From a bacterium (GTDB taxonomy: Bacteria; UBA8248), in contig OZ253442.1 in the NCBI GenBank assembly GCA_965261085.1, positions 1,120,001 through 1,184,000 on the forward strand: 64,000 nucleotides of DNA, written 5' to 3'. A program made the position numbers and the translations under genes. Every line of letters begins with the position of its first letter. Position 1 is the first letter of the stretch. The notes beneath the pieces were generated by a model. That model was given only the letters and a program-made list of their open reading frames with translations. It was not told the DNA's origin and ran no database searches. Shown piece after piece: positions 8,966-19,027 of this stretch.

Positions 8966-9403
8966 CTAGAACGGAATATCTTCGCCGACCACGCCTGCAG
9001 GCGCCATCGTCTCGGGGTGCGCGCCGACTCCGTTGCCATTGCCGTTCCCGTTCACCTTGTCGAGGAATTGCACGCGCCCGCCCGGCGCGAGTAATATCTC
9101 GGTCGAGAACCGATCCGAGTCTTCCTCGTCCTTCTTCCAGCGGCGGGTCTGGAGCTTGCCCGCCACGTAGACCAGGCGGCCCTTCTTCGCGTGCCGCTCG
9201 AACATATCCACCAACCCGGGCTGGAAAGTCACGACCCGGTGCCACTCGGTTTTGTCCACCCGATCGCCGGATTGCTTGTCGACGTAGCCCTCGTCGGTGG
9301 CGATCGATAGGTTGGCGACGCGTCCCCCGCTCGCGAGATGGTTGATGGTGACGTCGGCGCCTAAGCGCCCGATCAGTTCCGCTCTGTTGAGTCCGAATGC
9401 CAT
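8966..9403 (-). CDS. ssb: Single-stranded DNA-binding protein
   Basis: LNRAELIGRLGAD...TEWHRVV...GRLVYVAGKLQTRRW; C-terminal EDIPF. Confidence 0.95.
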   Translation of the reverse strand: MAFGLNRAELIGRLGADVTINHLASGGRVANLSIATDEGYVDKQSGDRVDKTEWHRVVTFQPGLVDMFERHAKKGRLVYVAGKLQTRRWKKDEEDSDRFSTEILLAPGGRVQFLDKVNGNGNGNGVGAHPETMAPAGVVGEDIPF

Positions 9404-9484
9404 GGTAGTACTCCTTCGTGGTGTGAGTGTGAAAAAAATGATGGGAGGGAGAGAGCCTTTCTCTCCCCGGCCCCCCGGTTCGCC

Positions 9485-9616
9485 CTAAACGCTACAGAAC
9501 TCCACCTCGCCGTCCGCCTCGTCGCGCAGCTTGCGGATCGTGTAGGCGTCGAGTCCTAGTTCTGCGAGCAGTTCGTCCGCGGTGGGAACGTCGACGTCGT
9601 AGTCGTTCTCGTACAT
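9485..9616 (-). CDS. Small acidic hypothetical protein (43 aa)
   Basis: GAGGAGG RBS before MYENDYDVDVPTADELLAELGLDAYTIRKLRDEADGEVEFCSV. Confidence 0.6.
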   Translation of the reverse strand: MYENDYDVDVPTADELLAELGLDAYTIRKLRDEADGEVEFCSV

Positions 9617-10277
9617 GGCCAGGCCTCCTCTCGGGTTGTCGCACCCGGCGTCGGGACCGGGAGACCGTCTCCCTCTCCCTACCGGGCATTTGCCCGGCTC
9701 CCCGCTTCTCTCCACCTCTCCCCGGGGGGATCACGTCCGGTGAGGGGCCGTCCACGGAGCGTGAACGGCCTCGGCCCCCGCCGGGTCGAGCGGGAGACGG
9801 ACGGGAACGGAAGCCGCAACGGGTGCGCCCCGGTTCGGGGTTCGGATGGATGAGGCATGGGGATAGGGGGACGTATCGAGTGGTGGAATTTCGGGGCGGC
9901 GACGTTCTTGTCCTCGCCGGTGGGGTTGGTGGTCGGCACTCTCGCGCTGTCGGCACCGGGAAGATGGAGACTATGGAAGCCGGGTTGGCTTCGCGCCGCC
10001 TGGCGGGCCGGGATTGCGCTCGGCGCCTTCGTCGGCGGTGGCGAACTCGGCTAGACGACCGTACGGGCGTGCGCAGCCCCCCGGCCCGGAGATCTAGGTG
10101 CTTCACGCGGAGGAGGCGAGTCCGGCAGGCGCCCCCCCCCCGGCGGCCGAAAGGGCGGCGGTACGTACCCTCGACGGCGGGCCGGCTGCGCAGCAGGGCG
10201 GCGCCACCCCCCTGGCCGGGGTCTGCCCCCGCCGGAGGGGGGACGGCGGCACGTGCCCGGAGAACCGGCGAGAGCAC

Positions 10278-11087
10278 CTACCAGCTAGTAAACCTGGCCA
10301 TAGGCGACGCGTCTTCGATGACTTCCACTTCATGGCGGGATAGCCTTTCGAAGGCGAGGCACATCGCAACCTCCTCCCAGGAGTCCCAGGGCCCGTGCTC
10401 CTCGCCCGTGGCGAGTTCGACCACGGTGTATCGAGGCGGATGGATGGGCATTCCCTTGTGCTCGCCCGAGGAGTACCAGGAGCGCCTCGCGCATGGTTCA
10501 CACCGCGCGGAAAGGCCCGCTGGCTGAGCGCAATCCACGCAGAGCCTCTTTGCGCGCCTGTCGGCGTAGCGCCTCTTGCTCGCGGTGTTCTTCTTCGGAG
10601 CGCGTCCCTCCTCAAGCGCGGCGCACGGGCCGCACCTGGAAGCCCCCGCGAAGACGGGGCCTCCACAACGGCCGCACATGCCTTTCGCTCTCCTGGCGGC
10701 GTAGAGCTTCCGTTCTTCAGCGCGCCTCGCCTCCCGGCAGGACTCGCAGAAGGCGCCGCCCCGGTCAGGAGGACGCTCTCCACAAGCCGTGCACAGCCCC
10801 GCTTCCTTGCGTTCGCGCCTTCGCCTCTTGTTCCTCTCCCTGGCCATTCGGCGTCGGCCCTCGGGGTACCTCCCCCCGTAGGGGTCCCCGGCAGCCTTAC
10901 GCCTGGCATAGCGTTCGCGCTCGGCGGCCCGTCCCCTCTCGCTGCAGGCTTCGCACAGGCTGCGCTCGGGCGCGGGGGGTTGTTTCCCGCACTTGGGGCA
11001 CAATCCCTGCGCGCGTCGATCTGCGGCGCGTTTGCGGTGGCGTTCGCGTTCTTTCTTGTGTCCCTGCTCACGGTTCTTGTACGGCAT
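10278..11087 (-). CDS. Cys-rich repeat protein (four CxxC-Xn-CxxC units with basic helices)
   Basis: CPKC..CEAC, CTAC..CESC, CGRC..CGPC, CVDC..CEPC; AGAGG RBS. Confidence 0.75.
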   Translation of the reverse strand: MPYKNREQGHKKERERHRKRAADRRAQGLCPKCGKQPPAPERSLCEACSERGRAAERERYARRKAAGDPYGGRYPEGRRRMARERNKRRRRERKEAGLCTACGERPPDRGGAFCESCREARRAEERKLYAARRAKGMCGRCGGPVFAGASRCGPCAALEEGRAPKKNTASKRRYADRRAKRLCVDCAQPAGLSARCEPCARRSWYSSGEHKGMPIHPPRYTVVELATGEEHGPWDSWEEVAMCLAFERLSRHEVEVIEDASPMARFTSW

Positions 11088-11102
11088 CCTCTCTCCTCCC
11101 CC

Positions 11103-11417
11103 TCAGCGCCGCCGGCTTTGGCCGAAGAGGCCGATCGAATACACGCCCCAATATTGGACCCCGCTGTCCCTGGTGCGCAGGCCCGTACAGACGATGATCT
11201 CGTCCCGCGCGGGCCGCATCTCCCGGACGGCCTTGCGGGTAACCGTCGCGCGTTTCCTCTTGCGCCCGCTTCCGGTCTTCGCTTCCGCAGCGGGCATGGG
11301 GCGGATCTCGCCGTCCATCGTGGACTTGAACCGCTCGACGGCGTATCGCTCATCCTCCAGCCCCCGGCCGAAGGTGTGGGTGAGGAAGGTGTTCGACTCT
11401 CGTATGGTCGTCCGCAT
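11103..11417 (-). CDS. Hypothetical protein
   Basis: AGGAGG RBS; co-oriented just upstream of the Cys-rich gene. Confidence 0.5.
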   Translation of the reverse strand: MRTTIRESNTFLTHTFGRGLEDERYAVERFKSTMDGEIRPMPAAEAKTGSGRKRKRATVTRKAVREMRPARDEIIVCTGLRTRDSGVQYWGVYSIGLFGQSRRR

Positions 11418-11949
11418 CGCGGGCCTCCTTGCTGTGGGTGGTCGGGAAGGCGGAGAACGTCCTCTCCCGGACGCCCCGCCGCCGCCCCCTCACGGCCAAG
11501 CTCGGCCTCTTGGTGGCGCGGGAGTCGAGTCTGTGGACATCGGCTCGGAGGAGTGGCACAGTGAACTGGGGTCCGACCCAGCGTTTTGGACGGCGTCAGG
11601 AAGGCCGGAAAGGCAGCATTCCATGCCGCTCACGGTAGGCATCGATCGAGGAGTAAAAGTCAGTGCTCGAAGTTCTGGAACGAATGCGTAAGCTTCCCCC
11701 TAATCCGGGCCATTGCATGTGAGGTTTTCCTAGAGATGTTCCGGCCATGCCTTCATGTTCCGGGCCGAGGGAAACGCCGGGAATTATATTCTTAACTTGA
11801 CAGGGAAGGGTAAACCGAGGGGGTCCCAGTTTGAAATTTGACGCTTCAATCGCGATTTACTGATTTACAAAAACGAGGCGAATTTCAGGGGCAATCAAAG
11901 AGCGTATTGCATTCAAGGCATTCTATCGTAGATAGAGGCTCCGCGAAGC

Positions 11950-13794
11950 TTGCTACGAGGCTTCACTCCAACATTCCTTCTCCGACACGCTAGGCCACCC
12001 TTTGAGGCGTTCCCAATGAAGCTTACCGTAACAAACCCGGAGGTTCTGGACACGCTCGTGGACATTCCAGTCGGCCTATGGCCCATTCGCCGCCCTAGGG
12101 ACTCGCGAATGATCCTCGTTGTGAAGACCTCGAGAGAGGCGGCTCAAACGGCCAGACTACGCAAAGGATTCCGCTTCTATTTGGTTCCTGTCCATGCCGG
12201 CAGCGTGGCTACGTATGGTCTGGTGACAGCCTTCTTCGACGACAACGATGAACCGCTCGTCATCCAGACACCACTCTTCCACGAGGAGATCACCCGAGAT
12301 TTCGTTTTGCTGCTCTCGTCGGACGCCTTCTATGTCCATTTCTTCGACGAGCACGATCGGGAACTGCTCGGCTTCCGAGCTGAGAACCCGGATGCTCATC
12401 GCTTCCGCGTACTCTCGAATACGATTCGTTTCGCGTCGCCAACCCTTGACCGAGCGCGCCAGGTCCTCGACGTGATGCAATCCCGGTTCGGCGCTCGCTC
12501 GCCGGCGGACGACGCCGCTGCGTTCACTATCCACCTGCGGGAGCGGCTGTTTCCCGACAGCCTGGAAGAAAACGTCGAAAACCCAGGCGATCTCAATGAG
12601 CCTGACATAGCCAACGCCCTGCATCGGTCGTTTGGGAGTGACAATGTCTTCGCGAACCCGATTCGCGCCGACAACGAACGAGAATTTGTAGACGTTCTCG
12701 TGGCAACGGACAAGACCCTCCTCCTGGTTCAGGCCAAGGATAGCCCAAGCGACGAGTCAGCACTGAACCGGAAGATCGATCGCAAGAAGACCACCGCTGC
12801 CCACCATGTAAGGAGGGCAACCCGCCAGTTGAAGGGATCAATCAATTACCTCCGATCTGGGGATCCCATTGAGATCTTTACCGAGAAGAAGAGCCGCGAA
12901 GTGTCCACGTCCGGCCGCGACGTCTTCGGACTCGTCATCGTCAAGGAGCTGTTCGACCCGGAGCGACCAACCTGCAGCCCACCTGTCCTTACCGTGTTCA
13001 ACGACACGGGCATTCCTTGCCTACTTCTGGACCATACAGAGTTTCAACAGTTAACCTTCTTCCGGACCACCGAGGAGAGCTTCGTAGGGGCGCTGAAGGA
13101 TATCTTCTCGGCCGCCTGCGCGCATAGCGTGTTCCCACCTAGCCGATTTGGCCTTCGTACGGGGAAGACGGTGGTGTACGATCCAACTGGAACAGGGAAC
13201 GCGCCAGACTCGACTACGCACGAACGGGTTCAAGTTGTCACGGAGGGCAGCTCCATCATTACCGCTCCCATATCGGGCGATTGGGTAACCGACGAGGTTG
13301 CTGGAATGGGGTTTCGGGAAGACTTGGGTGCCGACTGGCTTCGTGTGGTCGTAGACCGCTCGGAAGTGAAAGCCCTCGACGTGTCCGGTACGGCGGCAAC
13401 CCTGTCGCGTGTGCTTGCTGACAGGGACGCCGTCGAACGGTATCGGGGGCGGGTAGACTTAGCCTTTTTCGGTTACTCCAACGACTCGCGAGAACTACGC
13501 GACATCCCGGAGGTACGGCGCTTCTGCTCCAAGCTGGACGACGCATTTCCCTATTGGTTCTACTTCCTTTCCACGGAGGGAGTGACCCTGGGGGTGATCG
13601 CGTGCTGCTTGTGTTCTGTCGCTCAGCTGAGGCCAGGGGTCGTCAGCTTTGGTCCTGACCTGCTCGAATTCATGACACGTCATTACGAAGCACTGAATTG
13701 GCTATTCGATAACTACTCTCTGGACGAGAGGCTCAATGTCGAGATAAGCGGCAACGTCGCCGAGTATTTCGGCAAGACCGAGTCAATCCAATAG
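11950..13794 (+). CDS. Multidomain protein: PD-(D/E)XK-like nuclease plus C-terminal DUF1817/CRR6-like domain
   Basis: EFVDVLVATDKTLLLVQAKDS; FFGYSNDSRELRDIPEVRRFCSKLDDAFPYWFYFL; true start possibly ATG 12016. Confidence 0.6.
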   Translation: MLRGFTPTFLLRHARPPFEAFPMKLTVTNPEVLDTLVDIPVGLWPIRRPRDSRMILVVKTSREAAQTARLRKGFRFYLVPVHAGSVATYGLVTAFFDDNDEPLVIQTPLFHEEITRDFVLLLSSDAFYVHFFDEHDRELLGFRAENPDAHRFRVLSNTIRFASPTLDRARQVLDVMQSRFGARSPADDAAAFTIHLRERLFPDSLEENVENPGDLNEPDIANALHRSFGSDNVFANPIRADNEREFVDVLVATDKTLLLVQAKDSPSDESALNRKIDRKKTTAAHHVRRATRQLKGSINYLRSGDPIEIFTEKKSREVSTSGRDVFGLVIVKELFDPERPTCSPPVLTVFNDTGIPCLLLDHTEFQQLTFFRTTEESFVGALKDIFSAACAHSVFPPSRFGLRTGKTVVYDPTGTGNAPDSTTHERVQVVTEGSSIITAPISGDWVTDEVAGMGFREDLGADWLRVVVDRSEVKALDVSGTAATLSRVLADRDAVERYRGRVDLAFFGYSNDSRELRDIPEVRRFCSKLDDAFPYWFYFLSTEGVTLGVIACCLCSVAQLRPGVVSFGPDLLEFMTRHYEALNWLFDNYSLDERLNVEISGNVAEYFGKTESIQ

Positions 13795-13896
13795 CGCCCG
13801 AGACCTCGGTCGATGCTCGTAGCGTCCGGCCGATTCCGCTGCCGGGACTCCTCTAGCGGCTCGGACCATGATTGCGCTCTCATCCACGCTGGCGCG

Positions 13897-14211
13897 TCAG
13901 ATCCAGCAGCCGCGCGACCTCGCGGCGAGCGTTCCGTAGTACTCAGCCAAGCGTGTCACTTGCTCGTCCAGCCGCTCGACCTGTCTCTGCAAAGCCTCGA
14001 CCTGCTCTGAGTGCCGCAGCTGTTCCGTCTCGTACTGCGCGGACAACCTCTCCAAGGCCGCAGTGCTCAACACTGCGTCGGCTGGCTTAGCCACCTTAAG
14101 GGTGCCAGTCAGCCTCCCGGCAAGCGCACCGGACGCTCTCCGGCGGCGGGAATCTCGGGTCGGCGGAGTCTCCATACCGTACACGGAGAGGTCCGGCCCA
14201 AGCCGTGTCAA
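13897..14211 (-). CDS. Possible coiled-coil fragment (weak MbeD/MobD-like resemblance)
   Basis: LERLSAQYETEQ...LQRQVERLDEQVTRLAE heptad pattern only. Confidence 0.3.
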   Translation of the reverse strand: MTRLGPDLSVYGMETPPTRDSRRRRASGALAGRLTGTLKVAKPADAVLSTAALERLSAQYETEQLRHSEQVEALQRQVERLDEQVTRLAEYYGTLAARSRGCWI

Positions 14212-14561
14212 CGGCTCGAATCGAGGCGATTTTCCAAGGGCTCCAGCGCCGTCCCGGAGTCGGATCGGCCTCCGCCGACGCCGCCTCCATTGCCTCCCAA
14301 CAAGCGTAAAGCGACGCTTTGGGCTTCGCGTCCTTGGCCTCCCAGGGAATTGGCCTATCGTTGCTACCGTGCCCTCCTAGGCCACGTTTCAGCACGGAAG
14401 GAACACTGTTCGAGAAGGAAGATGGGTTGTAGGAGAAACGGACATGCGAATTAGGCGCGATCAAATCTTGGTCGGGGTTCCGCCGCACAAAGGGGCGGGG
14501 CCCTAACCCAGCCAGCCCGCTGGGGGGCATCCGCACTTCGAGGGACCAAGCCGCGTCCACG

Positions 14562-15716
14562 TTATGTGACCACGGGATGATCCTCGCCATTCCCCCAGTC
14601 GATCCAGCTGAGGGCATCAGTTGAGAATCCCTGATTCCATACGCGTGTTTTGGCGGGATCTAGGAACGGAAAACACTTGAGGGCATGCTGCCTCGAATCA
14701 GCCAGTGTGATCAGTTGAATAGGCACGCGCCGATGCTCCCAGGAGGTGATATCGCCGCCCAGCTGGTACTGAACGAAGAGTCGGCCCAGCGTCTCATATG
14801 CGTAGCTGTCATATGGAGGCATCGAGTAGCCGATCACGACAATGGACGAATAGATGTCCTGGCCCGATGAAAGATTTTCCCACAGATCCAGGATGGGGTC
14901 GTATCCAAGCAGCTTGTCGTAAGCTGGTGGGAGAATGAAGGGAACGACTTGTGACACAACTCTCCCCTCTATGGGGAAGTGCGCTGCGTGGTTGGGGACG
15001 CGGAAGACTCGTGGGAGGATGTGATTCCCGAACGCCACCTCCGTCTGTCCTCGTGAAAGAGGCTCTGACGGAACTGTCGGAGCGGGGCCGAAGATCGGAT
15101 CCCGGTTGGGCACGTCGTGACCTTGCTCGGCGTGCCAGCGCACGGCAGCGTCAAGGTAGTAACGGTCATACCAGTCAATCGACCCGTGGAGCTTGAGGAG
15201 GTCAACAAATCTTGGTTCGAATCCACCCGGGTCCGTTATGAGCCACCACTCAGGACTAAGGGTGTACGGCTTGCCAGCGTCATCGAGTGCTTGCTCCAAG
15301 AGGGTGTCGTAATTGAACGTAAGCACGACGTCGCGGGGGCAAAGCCGCTGAGCAAAATCCCGGTACAGCTTCGGGGTGTCGCTGGGCGTCGCTTGAATGA
15401 GTATCCGCTGGATCGCTCGCCGCGCAGCGACTATTGACCGGCTGCCGTGGTCGAAGTACTCGTCGGAACCTATGAGGCGGAGGTAGTGCTTCCGGAGGCT
15501 ATATGCGAGTACGCGCTCCAGATCGATCGACTCACCTGGATACAGCGAAGACCATTCTCCGATCTCTTGTTCCAGGGTACCGTCCCAGCCGGAGAGCTGA
15601 AACGAGCCGCGGACATCCTCTCGGACGCGTTCAAGGAGACCATTCCCCAGAGGCAGGCCCCCGGGGGCGGAGAAGCCAGCCCCGAGTACGAATAGACGGT
15701 GAGGGGGTACGTTCAC
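14562..15716 (-). CDS. SIR2-like (SIR2_2) protein
   Basis: FVLGAGFS, LTFNYDTLLE, LKLHGSIDW, VVIGYS motifs. Confidence 0.88.
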   Translation of the reverse strand: MNVPPHRLFVLGAGFSAPGGLPLGNGLLERVREDVRGSFQLSGWDGTLEQEIGEWSSLYPGESIDLERVLAYSLRKHYLRLIGSDEYFDHGSRSIVAARRAIQRILIQATPSDTPKLYRDFAQRLCPRDVVLTFNYDTLLEQALDDAGKPYTLSPEWWLITDPGGFEPRFVDLLKLHGSIDWYDRYYLDAAVRWHAEQGHDVPNRDPIFGPAPTVPSEPLSRGQTEVAFGNHILPRVFRVPNHAAHFPIEGRVVSQVVPFILPPAYDKLLGYDPILDLWENLSSGQDIYSSIVVIGYSMPPYDSYAYETLGRLFVQYQLGGDITSWEHRRVPIQLITLADSRQHALKCFPFLDPAKTRVWNQGFSTDALSWIDWGNGEDHPVVT

Positions 15717-16104
15717 GTCCTAGCTCTTCCGCGGACGAGGGCGGGGAGGTGACAAGTGGCGATTGATCGTAATCGGTCGCAATCAAGGAAGACAGCGTGA
15801 GTCGCATACCTGTGGCTTATGGGGACGAGCGCGCTCACCGCAGGCCATCCAGACGCAGAGATCGACCAGGGGTGCGGGGCACCTAGGGTTGGCAGCCGGC
15901 ATTGCCCACTCCACGCTTCGTTACCGCCGCAGACCAATGGGACGACGGGTCCAATCAAGAAGGCTCGACCTCCTGGTTACGTCCGTTCTCGGCTAGGGAA
16001 AGCCAACAGAATCCGTTCTGTCTCGGCGGAAAAAATGGTGGGGTCCGCAGTGAAGATATGTTCATAAGTGATTTGCCCTAAATAATTTATAGTGTACGGT
16101 GGGC

Positions 16105-16172
16105 TAGGCGTTCTGCCAAGCGGCCTTCCGGCATTCTTCGGCGACGACGAATCCTTGGGGTATCTCGCTCAC
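16105..16172 (-). pseudogene. Start of a gene overlapping the methylase remnant, resembling RM-linked HNH proteins
   Basis: GTG-SEIPQGFVVAEECRKAAWQNA-stop; resemblance from memory only. Confidence 0.35.
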
Positions 16173-16445
16173 AAGCCCAGTTCCATGAATTGGCCGCTCG
16201 TCTCCATTCGGTCCCAGGCCGCAGGGATAGTCCGGGCCCTTCACGTCGGCGGGGTCGAGGATGTAGCGCAGCTCGTTGCGAGTCAGACGATAGGCTCGTG
16301 CGTAGAACGCATCCAGGTCGGCGTGCAGAAGGGCGCGGCGCTCCTCGTCCTAGGTAAACGGCGGACCGTGATGGCTGCTCAGGTCACGGGCAAACGGCGC
16401 CAGCGCGTGGGAGGCGTATGTGAGTTCCAGCACCTTTGGAATGAG
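16169..16445 (-). pseudogene. C-terminal remnant of a type IIG/Eco57I-like N6 methylase-restriction protein
   Basis: [17 protein letters not shown]...PPF(stop)DEERRALLHADLDAFYARAYRLTRNELRYILDPADVKGPDYP...AAWDRME with stop and deletion. Confidence 0.65.
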
Positions 16446-16480
16446 GAACGCGAGGCTGAGTTTGGTATAGAAGGCTGGGG

Positions 16481-16605
16481 TGACCTTCCCCCTTCAAACG
16501 AGTCCCGTTTATCAATGAGTATTCCTGGATTTGTAGAAGGAGGCGGAGGATGGCAAGGAAGAGGTTTACAGCGGAACAGATCGTCATCAAGCTGCGAGAG
16601 GCGCC
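16481..16605 (+). mobile_element. IS3-family left-end remnant
   Basis: TG-starting end TGACCTTCCCCC; RBS and MARKRFTAEQIVIKLREA at 16550 (OrfA start). Confidence 0.7.
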
Positions 16606-16958
16606 CGGGTTTTATCCGGCAGTGGAAGCTGGCAAGCAGTGGAACGCCCCGGCATCCGTCGCCTCCACCTTTTTATCGGCCGGACCGACTTTGACGGACA
16701 TCACGCCAACTGCAGGATAGAATCCTGACAACGGGACAAGTGGGAAATCGCATAAATGGACATTCGGATTGCGGAGGTTGAACCCTTCAGCGAAACGGAA
16801 TATCCTTGCCGTTCTCACCCATGCGCAGGCAAGCGATGTCGTGTTTATGATCGATGCGTCGTGTTGCTATAGTGTTGATAATCATTATATAGCAAATCTA
16901 TTTTATAAATAAATACATTATATTCAACAGGTTATATTGAATATAAAATAATGAATAC

Positions 16959-17207
16959 ATGTTCGAGAAGCACGCGAAGAAGGGCCGTCTGGTCTACGTG
17001 GCGGGCAAGCTGCAGACCAGGCGCTGGAAGAAGGACGAGGAAAACTCCGAGCGGTTCTCCACCGAGATATTACTCGCCCCGGGCGGGCGCATTCAGTTCC
17101 TGGACAAGGTGAACGGGAACGGGAACGGCAACGGCAACGGCGCGCACCCCGAGACGGCGGCGGTGGCGGCGTCCGCAGGTGTAGCAGGGGAAGACATTCC
17201 ATTCTGA
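16959..17207 (+). pseudogene. ssb: 5'-truncated ssb copy
   Basis: MFEKHAKKGRLVYVAGKLQTRRW...EDIPF matches the C-half of 8966-9403; N-half replaced by AT-rich DNA. Confidence 0.85.
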
Positions 17208-17215
17208 TCCCGACA

Positions 17216-17246
17216 AGGGCCGGCGCTTCGGCGCCGGCCTTTTTTT
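17216..17246 (+). terminator. Intrinsic terminator
   Basis: GGCCGGCGC-TTCG-GCGCCGGCC-TTTTTTT. Confidence 0.8.
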
Positions 17247-17271
17247 GCTCTTTATCCAGAGGAGGTCCGCC

Positions 17272-18267
17272 ATGCCCCAAACACCCTCTCCCGCTGCCGA
17301 AATCGCCGCGGCGCTCGCCTCGCGCGCCGAGGACGTCTGCCGCCGCTATCTGCCGCAAGGCAAGAAGCAGGGCCGCTACTGGCTCGCGGGCGACGTCGAC
17401 GGCGCGCCCGGGCGCTCGCTCTTCGTCCGCCTGCAGCCTCCGGGCGTACCGGGCAAGTGGTGTGATGCGGCCACCGGGGAGCACGGCGACCTGCTCGACC
17501 TGATCCGCCGCCGCAGCGCAGCATCCACGCTCCGCGCCGCCATGGACGAGGCGCGCGCCTTCCTCGCCCTGCCTGCCCCTATTTTACCGGGCGAGGGCCC
17601 GCCATACGACGCAAGGGAGGCGGCGCGGCGCATCTGGCGGCGTTGCCGCCCGATTGAGGGCGCCCCGGCCGAGACCTACCTCCATGCCCGGGGGATCACG
17701 CGGCGCCGCTTCCCCTCTCTGCGCTTCCACCCGGCGCTCTTCCACCGGGAGGCCGACAGCCGCCTGCCCGCACTGGTCGCCGCCGTGACCGACACGGACG
17801 GCGCGCTCCACGGCGTACACCGCACCTGGATCGATCCCGCTGCGCAGTCCAAGGCCGACGTCCTCCCGTCCCGCAAGGCGCTTGGCCGGGTCTTCGGACA
17901 CGCCGTGCGCTTAGGCGCCCCCGACGCTACGCTCCTGGTCGGGGAGGGGATCGAGACCGTGCTCTCGCTCGTAAGCGCCGCGCCCCGGATCCCGGCGGCA
18001 GCCGCTCTCTCCGCAGGCAGCCTCGGCGCCTTCATCCCGCCCGAGGGGCTCTCCCGCCTGATCATCGCCCGTGACAACGACGTGGAAGGTGAGAGGGCTG
18101 CGGAGCGCCTCGCCCGGCGCTGCGCATGGGCCGGGATCGACGCCCGCGTCATCGTCTCTGAACGCGGCGACTTCAACGACGACCTCGCTGCGCTCGGACC
18201 CGCTGCCCTCGCCGCACGGCTCGGTCCGCTCTTCCGCTTCGCGAGAATCGGAGAGGAGCGGGCCTGA
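17272..18267 (+). CDS. Toprim-domain primase-like protein
   Basis: YLHARGI, LVAAVTD..GVHRTWI, LVGEGIETVLS, IARDND, GDFND; GGAGG RBS. Confidence 0.85.
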   Translation: MPQTPSPAAEIAAALASRAEDVCRRYLPQGKKQGRYWLAGDVDGAPGRSLFVRLQPPGVPGKWCDAATGEHGDLLDLIRRRSAASTLRAAMDEARAFLALPAPILPGEGPPYDAREAARRIWRRCRPIEGAPAETYLHARGITRRRFPSLRFHPALFHREADSRLPALVAAVTDTDGALHGVHRTWIDPAAQSKADVLPSRKALGRVFGHAVRLGAPDATLLVGEGIETVLSLVSAAPRIPAAAALSAGSLGAFIPPEGLSRLIIARDNDVEGERAAERLARRCAWAGIDARVIVSERGDFNDDLAALGPAALAARLGPLFRFARIGEERA

Positions 18268-18492
18268 GCGGGGCAAAGCCCTGGTGGAAGGAGAGAGAAA
18301 ATGGACACCGTCACCTTCAAGCGGGTCAGCCCGCACGAGTCCTGCATCTACGTCGGGGGCGAGCATGTCGGCAACCTCTTCCGCCTCGTCGATTCACACC
18401 CGCCACGATCGCCGATAACCCGGCGCCGGAAGTCCCGCCACTCGATACGTCTCCGTTTGTCCACGCCTCATCCATCGAATCCCGGACCGCGC

Positions 18493-19027
18493 GCCGGCCC
18501 CTCTCATCTACCGGGAACACCCAGGAAATCTCCGATTCCGTGAACGATAAACCATGTTCACGGAAAATCGGCATGAACGCTACAATCACCGCATACCCTG
18601 GATAGTGGTTCGGTCTACCCCCCGCTGCGGGAATTTTGGGCTGGAAAAAACGGCCCAAAATGACCCTATCCGCAGCATGAAAGATTGCTTCACGATGAGC
18701 TTCGCTTTCATCGTGAAACAACCAGAAGCTCTTATGTCCCGGTGGCGAAACCACCCTCTCTCTCTTAGCGTCCTCATTTTAGCACGAACGGCGAGCAATA
18801 AAGGGTGGCCGCAAGCGGCCATCATTTTCCGGTACCCCCCAAAAAACGTCGTGCGGCAAAAAACGAAAGCGCCGCTCTATGGAGCGTGTTTTTTGGGAAC
18901 CCCCCGGAAAATGACGAGCCCTTGATTCGCTCGCCTACGGGCACCGGGAACACCGCCCGATGCCCTTACGTGCTGAAAATGAGGCGCTAAGAAGCACATC
19001 CGTTAATCCTCTAGAAAGGAGAAAGGC
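18493..19027. promoter_or_regulatory. Multi-hairpin noncoding element, copy 2
   Basis: Stem 18763-18786/18969-18992 with the same nested hairpins as 8349-8852. Confidence 0.6.

Larger units (their letters stand above)
6710..9204. repeat. Left arm of diverged inverted duplication (partner 16958-20670)
   Basis: DUF2493, DUF4326, intergenic element, terminator and ssb 3' half recur inverted. Confidence 0.9.

Noticed and set aside
8593-9039. Similar ORFs in both hairpin elements (8593-9039, 18554-18925)
   Set aside because: Frames, starts and stops differ between copies while base-pairing is conserved, favouring noncoding structure
18301-18543. Small ORF after toprim
   Set aside because: Plausible start but runs into the hairpin element; probably a truncated remnant I cannot assign
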